IMG/VR virus record: IMGVR_UViG_3300023095_000122
Span: 1-55,377 of that record
DNA: 55,377 nucleotides
Source: a virus
Taxonomy: Duplodnaviria; Caudoviricetes
Direction: 5' to 3' (one strand)
Each line of letters begins with the position of its first letter. The first letter of the stretch is position 1. The notes below the pieces were generated by a model, which worked only from the letters and a program-made list of their open reading frames with translations, was not told the origin of the DNA and searched no databases. Both the position numbers and the translations under genes were made by a program. Below, in pieces: positions 10,342-19,915 of the stretch.

Positions 10342-13300
10342 TTGATCAATGATCGCTTTGTAGGAGTTTTACCTCTGGCAGCACTATCAAGATCCCTTTT
10401 TCGAAGAAGCGCCTGGTAGTCTGTTTCTCCTTTAATGGCCGCGGCATAGAAATCCTCAACCTCTTTACGGGCTGCGGCATTCATTTCCTTAACCTTCTTG
10501 CCAATGGAGATAACAGATGCTATTGAACTTAACGTTTTTGTTATTCCACCCACGATATCCCCAGTTGAGAACGAAGCAAATGCGCCAGCAGCATCCGCTC
10601 CGGCCTGAGCTAATTTTCCTACTGTATCAAGTAAATAACCCGCCTCTGTATCTACACCGCCAACTGCCGAGGAGACATCATTAAAACCTGTAGATAGTGA
10701 GGCAAGGTCTTTTGACAATCCTTCGGCCACTTCAGAAGTGCTACCAGTTAAATATTTAAAATTCTTGGCTACCTTTTCACCAAAACTGATTGTTCCATCA
10801 CCGCTTTTATCAAGGTTATCAATGGCAATTTGAACCTCTCCAAGATCTTTTAATATCCTTTTAGATTCCTGAGGGCTGATAATGCTGATCCCGTTTTCGT
10901 CTGTTGAATTAAGTTCTGTTTTAAGGTTTTCTAATCTTTTCTTTAACTCATTAAGGTTCGCCTGATCAGTTCCTATTTTTAAGGATATTTTGAGATTATT
11001 AATCTGACTCTGGATATTATTGGTCACATTGGCCGGTAGATCCCCAGCAGCAAGTAAAGCCTCCAATGCTTTAAGTTGCTCCTTAACCTGTTCTCTAGTT
11101 AATAAAACGGTCTCTTCAGCAAGCTTTTTGTAGATAGCTGTTTTGGAAAGAGCTTCATCTTTTGCGGCGTTAATAGCGTAATCACGCTGCTGGTTTAGCT
11201 GATCCTTTTGAGCATTCGTAATATTTGGCCCCAGATCAATAGCCTTTTTTCTATAATCGGCATCAATCTTTTGAAGTTTTTGTGAATGAGTTAATGCAGC
11301 TTGATAGGCATCATTATAATCCTGATCACGTTTGGTTTTAATTGCTTTCTGCGCCTCTTCAGCTAATCTTACACCTGAAGCAAGTCGTTCCTGCTCACCG
11401 CCATCCAGCTTCTGACCGGTAATCGGACCTGTAGCAGACTTTAAAACCAGCTTTGAATAGTTAGCCTGTATCTTGCTTAAGTAGTCCGTACTGATATCCA
11501 GTTCAGATCCAAAACGTTCTTTAGCTGTTTTCTCGCCAAAAACCTTCTTCCATGTTTCAAAGGCTTCGTATAAATCCCTTTGTTTTGTTAAGCTCAGTTC
11601 CAACTTAGTAGTTTCCTGACGATACACAAGATCGTCAATGGCAGCTGCCCTGATAGGTTCGATCTGCTCCGTGGTTTGCTTCGGTCCTAATACAACTGTG
11701 GCTCGGACTTGACCATATTTCTTGGCGTACTGATCGTACTTCTTCCCTTGCTGCTCAATATCAAAAGCAAGCTTTTTAAATTCATCAACAATTGCCCTGC
11801 GAGCTTCCTGTTCTTTGGATAATCCCTGACGTTCAAACTTATCTTTAAGTACCTGGATGCGTTGTTGCAATGATTCCTGAGCACTTAGAGCAGAAGCATC
11901 CGCAGCATCTTGACGATCTCTGGCGCGCTGCGCCTTGTCTGCTGCTTTTTTCTCAGCCGCCTCAGCTTTACCGTCATCGGTTTTTGTGATTTTCTGGAAC
12001 TTATCAATTTCTTCCTGACGCTTCTTCAATAACTCACCGCTATCTGCAGCACGTAAAGCTTCCTGCTGAGCCTCGGTTTTTGACACCTCCTGATAACGCT
12101 TAATTACTTCTTTCTTTTCTTCCTCAGTGGCTTTCCTTTGGGCCGTACGGGTTCCACTTTCTGACGCAACCCTAACACTAACTGTGAAAGTTCCAGTTTT
12201 GGCAATTTCATCCATCGGCCCTTTAAGACCTTTTAATTCTTCTTTTAAATCAGCCAGCCTTTCTACAGTTTTTTTAATCCTGTCTTCATTTAAAGCTTGC
12301 ATAACAAGAACCTGCTGCTCTATAAATTCCCTAGCCCTGTCTGTACTGATAGCCATCGCATTCCCATATTTATCAAACTGGGTGATTGCACCAGGTATCT
12401 CATCAGCGACCTGTTTTATTATATCCTTAAGGAGAGTTTGTTCAATTTTACTAAGCTTAGTGACGCCACCATTTTTCTCTGCTTTAGCGGTTAATTCATC
12501 ATATTTAGTGAGAAGTGGAGTAATATTATTTTGCAGATTTTTAACAGATATACCAGTTTCATAAAACTCTTTATTAGCTTCTCGTAAAGCATCGTAGTTA
12601 AGAACCAGATTGATCTTTTGCCCAACTAACTCTTTAATGTTGGCGATCCGGGTAGCAAACTGGGCCATTTTATCAGCCGTGGTCATTGCCACATCGCCCA
12701 TCGAAGCTAACTTCTCATTGATAACGTTACCTACAGCAGTTTGAAAGTCGCCGGTCTTTTTAATTTCTGCACGCAATTGAACTTGCGATATCTGCAAGTT
12801 ATCCAGGATGAGGAGGGACTTACGCCCCAGCCCGTTTACAAAACTATCTGTTAAGTAAGTTACATCCTGTCCAGTTTGCCGGGAGACTTTACCCGCCAGC
12901 TCTAATCCTTTTGCAAGAAGCTCCGGGGCAATCTGAAAGTTTTTTGCACGTAGGGCCGCGGCCATCAAATCAATATCTGATGTAGCACCTCTGGTGGCTT
13001 TTCTTAATATATCAAGTGTTTTACCATTGTCAAGCTTTGCAAATGCTTCACGTATGCCTTCACCTCTAGCTGCAATCTCACGAGCTTCTTTTAGCCAGGC
13101 AACGATCACTTGTACACTGAAAGCTGCTAGTATTGCAGCTCCAATAGATTTTAATGAATTTACAAGCTTCTGGGCATTCGTATCCGTCTCCTTAATTTTA
13201 TTCCCCAGATCATCAAAGCCTTTTTTACCGGCATTGGATAGTCTGGTTAATTGAGCTTCAAGTTCCTGAATCTTCTGGTTTAACGCAACAAATGATTGAG

Positions 13301-14081
13301 GAGCCTTTGCATATTGAAGCTGATCCTGGAAGTACTTTAACCTTGTTGTTAAAATTTCCTGTTGGCCAATGGTAGATTTAATCCTGTTACCCAGTTCATC
13401 ATATCCACGCTTACCAACATTGCTTAATTTCGCTATCTCAGCCTGAGTCTCGGCAATCTTTTTATTGTATTCAGCAATAACAGCAGGATCACTAGAAGCT
13501 GATTTAGATGACTGCTGATCTGCAAGTTTTGCGCGAAGTGTATCTTCTGATAATATTTGTGCCTTTACTGCATCAGTTGTCTTTTTAACGGCCTCTGTAG
13601 TTTTATTAGCCGAATCACTTGCTGCATTGTTTGCTTCAACTGCTGAGGCTTTAAACGCCGCAGCCTGGCTAGATGCTTTATTAAAAGCTTCAGCAGTTCC
13701 GACAACGGTACCGGTAGAAATAGAACCTGTTTTACTTTGATTAGATGCATTGACCTCATCTAAGGTACTGGACATCTGCACAGGTCTGATTTGTAAACCT
13801 GTTACCGAATCAAATGCACTTTTCTTCCGCTTAAGTGCTTCAGTTGACCTGTCAATAGCTTTAGTTTCTTCATTGACCGCAGCAACAACATCATCAGATC
13901 CTTTTTTCTGGTCTTTAATAACCTTAACAACCTTTTCCCTAGCCTTTGTCTCGGCATCTACACCCTTTGAAATTTCTTTAGAAATCTGGGCATTCGACGC
14001 TCCTGCAGCCTTAGCAACATTCGCTAAAGTCTTTTGTAAAGGAGTATCATCACCGGTGATTTTAAAGTTTAATTCGGGCAT
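10224..14081 (-). CDS. Tape measure protein, N-terminal part
   Basis: 1285 aa Ala/Lys/Glu-rich helical protein upstream of Dit; N-terminal LNFKITGDD; last ~45 residues look out of frame. Confidence 0.9.
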   Translation of the reverse strand: MPELNFKITGDDTPLQKTLANVAKAAGASNAQISKEISKGVDAETKAREKVVKVIKDQKKGSDDVVAAVNEETKAIDRSTEALKRKKSAFDSVTGLQIRPVQMSSTLDEVNASNQSKTGSISTGTVVGTAEAFNKASSQAAAFKASAVEANNAASDSANKTTEAVKKTTDAVKAQILSEDTLRAKLADQQSSKSASSDPAVIAEYNKKIAETQAEIAKLSNVGKRGYDELGNRIKSTIGQQEILTTRLKYFQDQLQYAKAPQSFVALNQKIQELEAQLTRLSNAGKKGFDDLGNKIKETDTNAQKLVNSLKSIGAAILAAFSVQVIVAWLKEAREIAARGEGIREAFAKLDNGKTLDILRKATRGATSDIDLMAAALRAKNFQIAPELLAKGLELAGKVSRQTGQDVTYLTDSFVNGLGRKSLLILDNLQISQVQLRAEIKKTGDFQTAVGNVINEKLASMGDVAMTTADKMAQFATRIANIKELVGQKINLVLNYDALREANKEFYETGISVKNLQNNITPLLTKYDELTAKAEKNGGVTKLSKIEQTLLKDIIKQVADEIPGAITQFDKYGNAMAISTDRAREFIEQQVLVMQALNEDRIKKTVERLADLKEELKGLKGPMDEIAKTGTFTVSVRVASESGTRTAQRKATEEEKKEVIKRYQEVSKTEAQQEALRAADSGELLKKRQEEIDKFQKITKTDDGKAEAAEKKAADKAQRARDRQDAADASALSAQESLQQRIQVLKDKFERQGLSKEQEARRAIVDEFKKLAFDIEQQGKKYDQYAKKYGQVRATVVLGPKQTTEQIEPIRAAAIDDLVYRQETTKLELSLTKQRDLYEAFETWKKVFGEKTAKERFGSELDISTDYLSKIQANYSKLVLKSATGPITGQKLDGGEQERLASGVRLAEEAQKAIKTKRDQDYNDAYQAALTHSQKLQKIDADYRKKAIDLGPNITNAQKDQLNQQRDYAINAAKDEALSKTAIYKKLAEETVLLTREQVKEQLKALEALLAAGDLPANVTNNIQSQINNLKISLKIGTDQANLNELKKRLENLKTELNSTDENGISIISPQESKRILKDLGEVQIAIDNLDKSGDGTISFGEKVAKNFKYLTGSTSEVAEGLSKDLASLSTGFNDVSSAVGGVDTEAGYLLDTVGKLAQAGADAAGAFASFSTGDIVGGITKTLSSIASVISIGKKVKEMNAAARKEVEDFYAAAIKGETDYQALLRKRDLDSAARGKTPTKRSLINWRRLKNNLRRYMLHMIRSSILFKADHLRKVKVTSMVHG

Positions 14082-14085
14082 TGCG

Positions 14086-14153
14086 CTAAATTACCGCAAG
14101 GCTTTATGGGCTAATAACCCGGGTTTTGACAATCATGTATATTGTCAAGTATT
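14086..14153 (-). promoter_or_regulatory. Late promoter copy 2 (tape measure/tail tip)
   Basis: TTGACAAT-N7-ATTGTCAA at 14126-14148; TAATTTAG (minus) at 14086-14093; 32 nt gap. Confidence 0.75.
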
Positions 14154-14165
14154 CGTCTTTATAAT

Positions 14166-14203
14166 AAAAAAGCCCCCTACAAATTAATGCAGAGGGCGGG
14201 CTT
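14166..14203 (-). terminator. Intrinsic terminator ending the accessory block, upstream of the TMP promoter
   Basis: GCCCTCTGCA-TTAATT-TGTAGGGGGC followed by TTTTTT on the minus strand. Confidence 0.7.
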
Positions 14204-14226
14204 GGTTACTATGAGGTGTGTGGTGT

Positions 14227-14553
14227 TTACTTTCTGTTATGCAATGGAAAATGTAACTCTATCAATAATTCCCTTATTACCCGATCGTGTTCGTGTAGAA
14301 TATTTCTAATCGCATCAATTGGCAACGGGCGCACACGATCGTCTATCATTTTTATCACAGCCGGATCAGTTATGTAATCATAGGCAATAACCTCTTTAAA
14401 TATATCGTACTGCTTGTTAGCATTCTCATATATGACTTGCTCGCGGTCTACATACAATCCTTTATGAACTAGTCCAGCTGTATCTATGAAGTTAACGTGT
14501 CTATTGTCATCTGGCGTTGTGCTGTCGTCACAGCTGATAATTTTATATAGCAT
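14227..14553 (-). CDS. Hypothetical protein
   Basis: 108 aa ORF, co-oriented with neighbour. Confidence 0.6.
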   Translation of the reverse strand: MLYKIISCDDSTTPDDNRHVNFIDTAGLVHKGLYVDREQVIYENANKQYDIFKEVIAYDYITDPAVIKMIDDRVRPLPIDAIRNILHEHDRVIRELLIELHFPLHNRK

Positions 14554-14564
14554 AGTGGCATAAT

Positions 14565-14927
14565 TTAGTTTAGTTGAACGGCGTATTGATTTATAGTATC
14601 TCCAATGTAGTCGTACATTTCATCAATAAGTCGATCCGTCAATTCATCTCCGCATAAAATCCTTAGATCGCTAATCTTTTCTTTTTGGGAGACCCAAAAC
14701 CTGTCAAACCAAAAATCTTTCGTTTCTTCAACGCCTAACGAATAAATATATCCCCGAATTATTTTACTGGCATCTGATTCTAATAACCAGACCAGGCAAT
14801 TTTGCCTGAATATATGCATCAGTAAATCATCTTCTGGTAGGTAAATTGGAGCGAAGAATACCTGCACGCCTTTGATCCCTTCTAATGGTCGGCTGAGATC
14901 TTCCTTTATTATTTTATAAACTTCCAT
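14565..14927 (-). CDS. Hypothetical protein
   Basis: 120 aa acidic ORF divergent from the XRE gene. Confidence 0.6.
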   Translation of the reverse strand: MEVYKIIKEDLSRPLEGIKGVQVFFAPIYLPEDDLLMHIFRQNCLVWLLESDASKIIRGYIYSLGVEETKDFWFDRFWVSQKEKISDLRILCGDELTDRLIDEMYDYIGDTINQYAVQLN

Positions 14928-15031
14928 GTGGATTTATATTTTGGTGATCTAATTTAAAAAAAAGAATTAGCAAAAGTTGCCTGCGGAGGCATTTTTTATT
15001 GAAAAAATATTATCTTCTTTAGTAGTATATA

Positions 15032-15274
15032 ATGGGTACAACTACTGACAGGTATAAGCGAGATAAAGAAACTATTAATTTGGTTGGAAAGAATATCCGT
15101 AAGTACAGAAAACTAAAAGGATTAAAGCAAAAAGAATTAGCCTATTTATGTGATCTCACTGTGCCTATGATATCTAGATACGAAGGCGGGTCAATTGATA
15201 TAACGATCACTACAGTTAAGCTGATCAGTGACAAACTAGAAATACACCCTGGCAAATTATTTGATGAACTTTAG
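15032..15274 (+). CDS. XRE-family HTH transcriptional regulator
   Basis: VGKNIRKYRKLKGLKQKELA..ISRYEGG HTH_3 pattern. Confidence 0.85.
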   Translation: MGTTTDRYKRDKETINLVGKNIRKYRKLKGLKQKELAYLCDLTVPMISRYEGGSIDITITTVKLISDKLEIHPGKLFDEL

Positions 15275-15660
15275 AGTTCTGGAAATCTTTCGGCATAATA
15301 TCTAGGTTTGACACCTTTCATCTGGTGATGTAGTAGATCAATATTAGCGGCCAAGTGCTCTGCCAGCTTTCCATCCCTATACTCTGCAAGACATTCTATA
15401 GCAGATATCTGTGTCATAGCAACCCAGTATTCATTATTAAACACCTTAGCCGGATGAGGAAGTCTGTTCTTTTTAGTCCCCAATTCAATCATAAATGACT
15501 GCTGATTTTCTCGGTAGTAGTCATCCCTGTAACTCACCTCATCAAAGTGAGTGAGTAAATGAGCTTTAACAGCTTCCATTAATTCATAATATTCTGCATC
15601 ATCCTTGAAGATCGTGCTTTTAACCTGTGAGTATGTAATGCTTATTTTTTTATTTTCCAT
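15271..15660 (-). CDS. Hypothetical protein
   Basis: 129 aa ORF. Confidence 0.6.
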   Translation of the reverse strand: MENKKISITYSQVKSTIFKDDAEYYELMEAVKAHLLTHFDEVSYRDDYYRENQQSFMIELGTKKNRLPHPAKVFNNEYWVAMTQISAIECLAEYRDGKLAEHLAANIDLLHHQMKGVKPRYYAERFPEL

Positions 15661-15697
15661 CGCACAAATTACTAACTATTTTAGTATAATTGCAAAC

Positions 15698-15931
15698 ATG
15701 GATCAATTCAATGTTACGTTAGCCGGAGATGTAGAGATAACAATCAAACCAAGGAGAATCAAAAATGATTTATTAGTATATGATGTATATATTGAAGATA
15801 AAATATACGGAACCATATACCCTGATCATGGGGTCGATCACGAACCGCCGTTGGTATGGAGATCGCATGATAATTTTGATCCGTATTTACTTGCACTTAT
15901 CGGAAAGATGATTGAGGAGCATGATGCGTAA
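15698..15931 (+). CDS. Hypothetical protein (start moved to ATG 15698)
   Basis: MDQFNVTL..; the longer track ORF overlaps the divergent gene. Confidence 0.55.
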   Translation: MDQFNVTLAGDVEITIKPRRIKNDLLVYDVYIEDKIYGTIYPDHGVDHEPPLVWRSHDNFDPYLLALIGKMIEEHDA

Positions 15932-15966
15932 AAAAGCCTTGCATAAAAATTTTATTCTATTAAACC

Positions 15967-17022
15967 CTATTCAATGAATGAGGCATACAGATCATAATCT
16001 GCGGCAATAGAAAATGGGACGAGCTTCTCCTTTATTCTTGAAAAATTGGTGAAAAGCTTTTTCTGATATACTACACCTTCATCGCTTCTAGTAAAGATCT
16101 CTATCTCCATGTTGATTGCAGATCTCATATTCTCGTCGTATTGATAATAGTCTAAAAAGTATCGGAGTACAGCAAAATAACATTTTACAATATCGCTAAA
16201 CTGACTGTTCATTCTCGAAATAAGATACGAATTACCAATCATGCTCATTTGATTATTATATCTTAAAGTTCCACAGGGATAATCCCTATCCTGCTGCTCA
16301 ATTATGCTTTTAATCTTTATGGGAGAACTTAAAAAGCATACAAAGAAAGACACAAATGTTAAACACTTACGAAGAAATTCTTCATTATAAAGTTCTTGTG
16401 GTAATCTTAAGGCGCGGGTATTATATTCTTTCATTAACTCGTCATGAAAATAAAATATGGCCATACAGTCAGCATCCATTTCCAACGTTTGCCTATCAAG
16501 TTTACTAAGAATAACATGATTAGATGAAAGGTCTTCGCTATATCCAACATGCCCTCTTGTAATATGGACACATTCATGCCACAATATTAGTTTTATCGAC
16601 ATGTCAAATAGGAAATGGTGTATTTCTCTTCTGTATTCATCAAACTTTGGAAGCTCAACGCCATACATATAATTCTCCAATCTACTGTAATCATTAATAC
16701 TAATAGGCGGGCAATTAACCTTTTTATCACTCGTTCCGATGCCTGGAAAAATAGCATTATCAGAAAGATATAAATATAACATATCGAAGTGATATCTTAA
16801 GAAACCTGACGTTAGTATCAAGGTGTAAGAATTTTCAATAGGTCCAAGTTCAGATTTTACCCCCATACTAAACCCGCTGTCCTCTTCGAAATATAACCTG
16901 ATCATATACATTTTACCGGGTACAAGTGTATTTTGGATTGCGTCAGAAAGGTAAAACAACCACCGATCTGAGTAGTTCTTATCAATTTCTTTGTAATCTG
17001 AATCCAGTTCTTCCATACTCAA
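15967..17022 (-). CDS. HEXXH zinc metallopeptidase, Lit/peptidase U49-like
   Basis: LWHECVHITRGH followed by TLEMDADCMA; AT-rich moron. Confidence 0.7.
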   Translation of the reverse strand: MSMEELDSDYKEIDKNYSDRWLFYLSDAIQNTLVPGKMYMIRLYFEEDSGFSMGVKSELGPIENSYTLILTSGFLRYHFDMLYLYLSDNAIFPGIGTSDKKVNCPPISINDYSRLENYMYGVELPKFDEYRREIHHFLFDMSIKLILWHECVHITRGHVGYSEDLSSNHVILSKLDRQTLEMDADCMAIFYFHDELMKEYNTRALRLPQELYNEEFLRKCLTFVSFFVCFLSSPIKIKSIIEQQDRDYPCGTLRYNNQMSMIGNSYLISRMNSQFSDIVKCYFAVLRYFLDYYQYDENMRSAINMEIEIFTRSDEGVVYQKKLFTNFSRIKEKLVPFSIAADYDLYASFIE

Positions 17023-17095
17023 ATATAATTATTTTGGTTTGTAAACGGCTTTTAGGATTGATGCATATTTCATTGTTTTTTATACTTTTGCAACA

Positions 17096-17200
17096 ATGAG
17101 TATTTTTATAAGTCTGCCGGACGTTGGTTTCCAAAATATGGCAGCGGTCCTTTTCATCATCCAGTTTATCTGGGCTGCAAAGGATCGATACAGTAAGTAG
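17096..17200 (+). CDS. Small hydrophobic peptide, 34 aa (not in ORF track)
   Basis: MSIFISLPDVGFQNMAAVLFIIQFIWAAKDRYSK; TACTTTTG -7 box at 17083-17090; plus-strand terminator downstream. Confidence 0.45.
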   Translation: MSIFISLPDVGFQNMAAVLFIIQFIWAAKDRYSK

Positions 17201-17283
17201 GTAACTACTTTCAGGACTGGGTAAACCAGCCACTCAGATAATTCAAAACATTCCGGTAGTGATACTGGAAGAAGTTTTTTTAG

Positions 17284-17312
17284 GGGTCGGGCGCAAGTTT
17301 GACCCTATTTTT
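17284..17312 (+). terminator. Plus-strand intrinsic terminator
   Basis: GGGTCGGGC-GCAA-GTTTGACCC followed by TATTTTT. Confidence 0.65.
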
Positions 17313-17760
17313 ACCTTCTCCATGGCTGTCTGTTGTTATAATTCTGTTTACGCTTCTTACCTCCTTTATTTGCAGCTACATCGTACCATTTACGATCGTC
17401 GGTATCGCTCATTTTATGGTTTTTAAAAGTTATGCCTTTAGCGGCTTCAACTACCTTACTGAAATCTGTAATAACCTTTTCAGGTGATAGCATGGATAAT
17501 GCATTGATAGCTGAGGCAAGATCATTAAGACCGCTACAGCTAACCTGATGCAATTCGTCAAGCATTTCAGGTGTGATTATTAAAGCCTTATTATCTATAT
17601 CGGCTATACTCTGCAACCTTCCTGCTAGTTCATTATGAAATGCTCCCGCATCAACTATGATAACTTGATCTGTATGCTCGTTATGAGCAAAGGACCTTGA
17701 AAAATGTTCCTTTACATTTCGGATACAGTCTTCCATTTGTTCGGTTGTTAGTTCGTTCAT
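17311..17760 (-). CDS. Hypothetical protein
   Basis: 149 aa, coupled to the ASCH gene. Confidence 0.6.
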   Translation of the reverse strand: MNELTTEQMEDCIRNVKEHFSRSFAHNEHTDQVIIVDAGAFHNELAGRLQSIADIDNKALIITPEMLDELHQVSCSGLNDLASAINALSMLSPEKVITDFSKVVEAAKGITFKNHKMSDTDDRKWYDVAANKGGKKRKQNYNNRQPWRR

Positions 17761-18158
17761 GGCTTATACTCCCACAAGCTAAGTGCACCTTTAACATTTT
17801 CTATCGGCTGATCATACAGGACAGGATTAGCCAGCACCCAGTTGTAAATTGGCTTATCTCCCGGGGTGGCATGCTCTGCCCATACAGAGGAATGACCGAT
17901 CACACAATCGATGATATCAACTTCACCAATGATGCATCCATTTGGCCAATGGCCGGTGATCATATACTCTTGGTCTTCGGATAATGATTTCCATTGTTGA
18001 TCAGTGAACATTGCTTTTATATTCCCATGCATGGATTTAGATGAGCTGTGAATAAAAATCCGGCCTTTGAATGTAGTTGACCATGTCCTGTTCTCAATTG
18101 GCTTTATATTGTGGCATATGAGTAGTGCCCATGGGTTTTTTACGCTAAGTGCTTTCAT
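17757..18158 (-). CDS. ASCH domain protein
   Basis: MKALSVKNPWALLI..KPIENRTW..GRIFIH; KGALSLWE. Confidence 0.9.
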   Translation of the reverse strand: MKALSVKNPWALLICHNIKPIENRTWSTTFKGRIFIHSSSKSMHGNIKAMFTDQQWKSLSEDQEYMITGHWPNGCIIGEVDIIDCVIGHSSVWAEHATPGDKPIYNWVLANPVLYDQPIENVKGALSLWEYKP

Positions 18159-18161
18159 AGG

Positions 18162-18362
18162 TTAGATTGTTTTTTCACACATATCCATGTATTCAACCTC
18201 TGTCATGAATACTGGTGTGATGGTAAAATGATACTCTTCTTCTGTCGATTCGTCTACACCTGATAGTTCAGCTTCAATAACCTCAGCCGCTGTTTGTAGA
18301 TCATCTACAGTTAAATCCAGATCAGCATTGTCGCATATTCTGAAATACATTTTCTTTTCCAT
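18162..18362 (-). CDS. Small acidic hypothetical protein
   Basis: 66 aa, D/E-rich, in operon. Confidence 0.6.
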   Translation of the reverse strand: MEKKMYFRICDNADLDLTVDDLQTAAEVIEAELSGVDESTEEEYHFTITPVFMTEVEYMDMCEKTI

Positions 18363-18367
18363 AATAT

Positions 18368-18772
18368 TTAATATAAGGGGTTAGGTATTTGAACAATTGG
18401 CCGCCAGTGGGTAGTACCACCGATTGATATATGTTCAGAATGATATTCTATACGGGACCTGCCATCAATGAAAATGAATAAATATTCTCCTGGATTAGCA
18501 GGAAGATCATCACGCGAGTTGATCTTAGTCCAGCCATTGTTCGTATCAATATTATGAAGCGATCGGAGTCGCCAAATAGAATCACTACCTACAAATGATT
18601 TGAAGTTCACTTGCTCAATGGTATAAGGCATTTTTAATTCATCATATCCAATACCATTGCTAAGACCATGGGCTATCCAGTCATCTTTAACCCATCCGTT
18701 TTCATCAACAAGATCTTTTATCTCATCCCACCGTTGACCGTACGCTTCCTGTATATATTGTTGCTTAGTCAT
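18368..18772 (-). CDS. Hypothetical protein with DUF551-like C-terminus
   Basis: WTKI..DLP...THWRPI. Confidence 0.6.
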   Translation of the reverse strand: MTKQQYIQEAYGQRWDEIKDLVDENGWVKDDWIAHGLSNGIGYDELKMPYTIEQVNFKSFVGSDSIWRLRSLHNIDTNNGWTKINSRDDLPANPGEYLFIFIDGRSRIEYHSEHISIGGTTHWRPIVQIPNPLY

Positions 18773-18929
18773 TTCGATCCTCCTTTCCTAATATCCTTCG
18801 CATCTCTTCATGCGGATCCGGCGTTTCTCCTTTGGTAACTACATAATAAAGCAGCCACACGATACCAACTACAGCCAGTGCAACTATTGCAACGGCTAAG
18901 ACTTCCTTTGTTACGTTGTGAAAATCCAT
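18765..18929 (-). CDS. Small membrane protein (start moved to ATG 18929)
   Basis: MDFHNV..LAVAIVALAVVGIVWLLYYVV single TM. Confidence 0.55.
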   Translation of the reverse strand: MDFHNVTKEVLAVAIVALAVVGIVWLLYYVVTKGETPDPHEEMRRILGKEDRND

Positions 18930-19100
18930 GGTTAGTGCTTTAAAGTTTCTTGGTAATCTCCGAGTGATCAGGAAACCAGTTAATATTGATTGATTTAGCC
19001 GCTTTTGCTGACTTTTCCGGCACTTTATGATAGCAACCATTGATAAGTATAACTGTTGCAAAAGCGATCAGTAGATGCGTGTTTAATCTGTTGATTCGTT

Positions 19101-19295
19101 TCATCGTTTCTTTTTCTCCTTTCCCGCCTGTTTGATCAGAACGTCTTTATTTGCTATGATGTAATCTTTAACTCTGCCGGCCCGGCCCGCATCCAAAAGG
19201 AACAGGAGGTAAGAAGCTGGAACACTTACCAGCGGATAGTCTTTATATTGGCCGAATGGCATTTTAGACTTGTCTGTGAATGTTTCTTCTACCAT
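19101..19295 (-). CDS. DUF3820-like / exonuclease X C-terminal-like small protein
   Basis: MPFGQYK..VPASYL motif. Confidence 0.65.
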   Translation of the reverse strand: MVEETFTDKSKMPFGQYKDYPLVSVPASYLLFLLDAGRAGRVKDYIIANKDVLIKQAGKEKKKR

Positions 19296-19297
19296 GG

Positions 19298-19597
19298 CTA
19301 TGCCTCCTTAATTTTATTCAGCCTGGCGATCTGACCCAGCAGATTAGTTATACGACCTTTGTAGCCTCTAATTTTATTATTCAGCAATTCAACTTGTTGA
19401 GCGTTTCTCTTAGAAGAATCCTTCCAGTACTGCACATCCCTTTCAAGATTGGTTTTATCCTTGGCAATGGTTTCCAGCGAATCAGCCATACGCATGAATG
19501 AACCGGAGTTAATATGCTCACTGTTCATTTTATCCTGGTCAGATGCCCAGTTCGACTTACTGGCTTCACGCCAGCTTTTTTTTGCTATCTCTCCCAT
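19298..19597 (-). CDS. Coiled-coil hypothetical protein
   Basis: 99 aa heptad pattern, in operon. Confidence 0.6.
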   Translation of the reverse strand: MGEIAKKSWREASKSNWASDQDKMNSEHINSGSFMRMADSLETIAKDKTNLERDVQYWKDSSKRNAQQVELLNNKIRGYKGRITNLLGQIARLNKIKEA

Positions 19598-19599
19598 GA

Positions 19600-19914
19600 T
19601 TAAACCCTTCCTAATGCTTTACTAATTGCTTCACTGGCTTTATCTACAGCGCCATACCAATCGGCTGCGGTTGGCTGTCCTGAACTTAAGCCTTCTTGCT
19701 CGCACATGTGTAGGTGTACCATATGCTGCAGTGTGGATAATAGATCAGGAGCAGATGCGGCTAATACCAAGTTTGCTTTATTTTCTTCGGTTGAAGACTG
19801 ACTGCCATAAAGTATAATTCTGCCGGGATGACTGTCTGGCCTAACAATATGAGTGTACACATCAGCATCTTTCTGATAGTGCCATGGCCCATGAGTTCCT
19901 TTAAATTCTTCCAT
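19600..19914 (-). CDS. Conserved phage hypothetical protein (start moved to ATG 19914)
   Basis: KGTHGPW...ANLVLAASAPDLL, a widespread phage motif. Confidence 0.7.
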   Translation of the reverse strand: MEEFKGTHGPWHYQKDADVYTHIVRPDSHPGRIILYGSQSSTEENKANLVLAASAPDLLSTLQHMVHLHMCEQEGLSSGQPTAADWYGAVDKASEAISKALGRV

Positions 19915-19915
19915 C

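Noticed and set aside
10360-10375. Programmed ribosomal frameshift in the tape measure gene
   Set aside because: No canonical slippery heptamer; a one-base loss in an A run explains it more simply.
16982-17233. 83-aa minus-strand ORF upstream of the peptidase
   Set aside because: Non-ATG start, overlaps the peptidase start and the better-supported plus-strand promoter, peptide and terminator unit.
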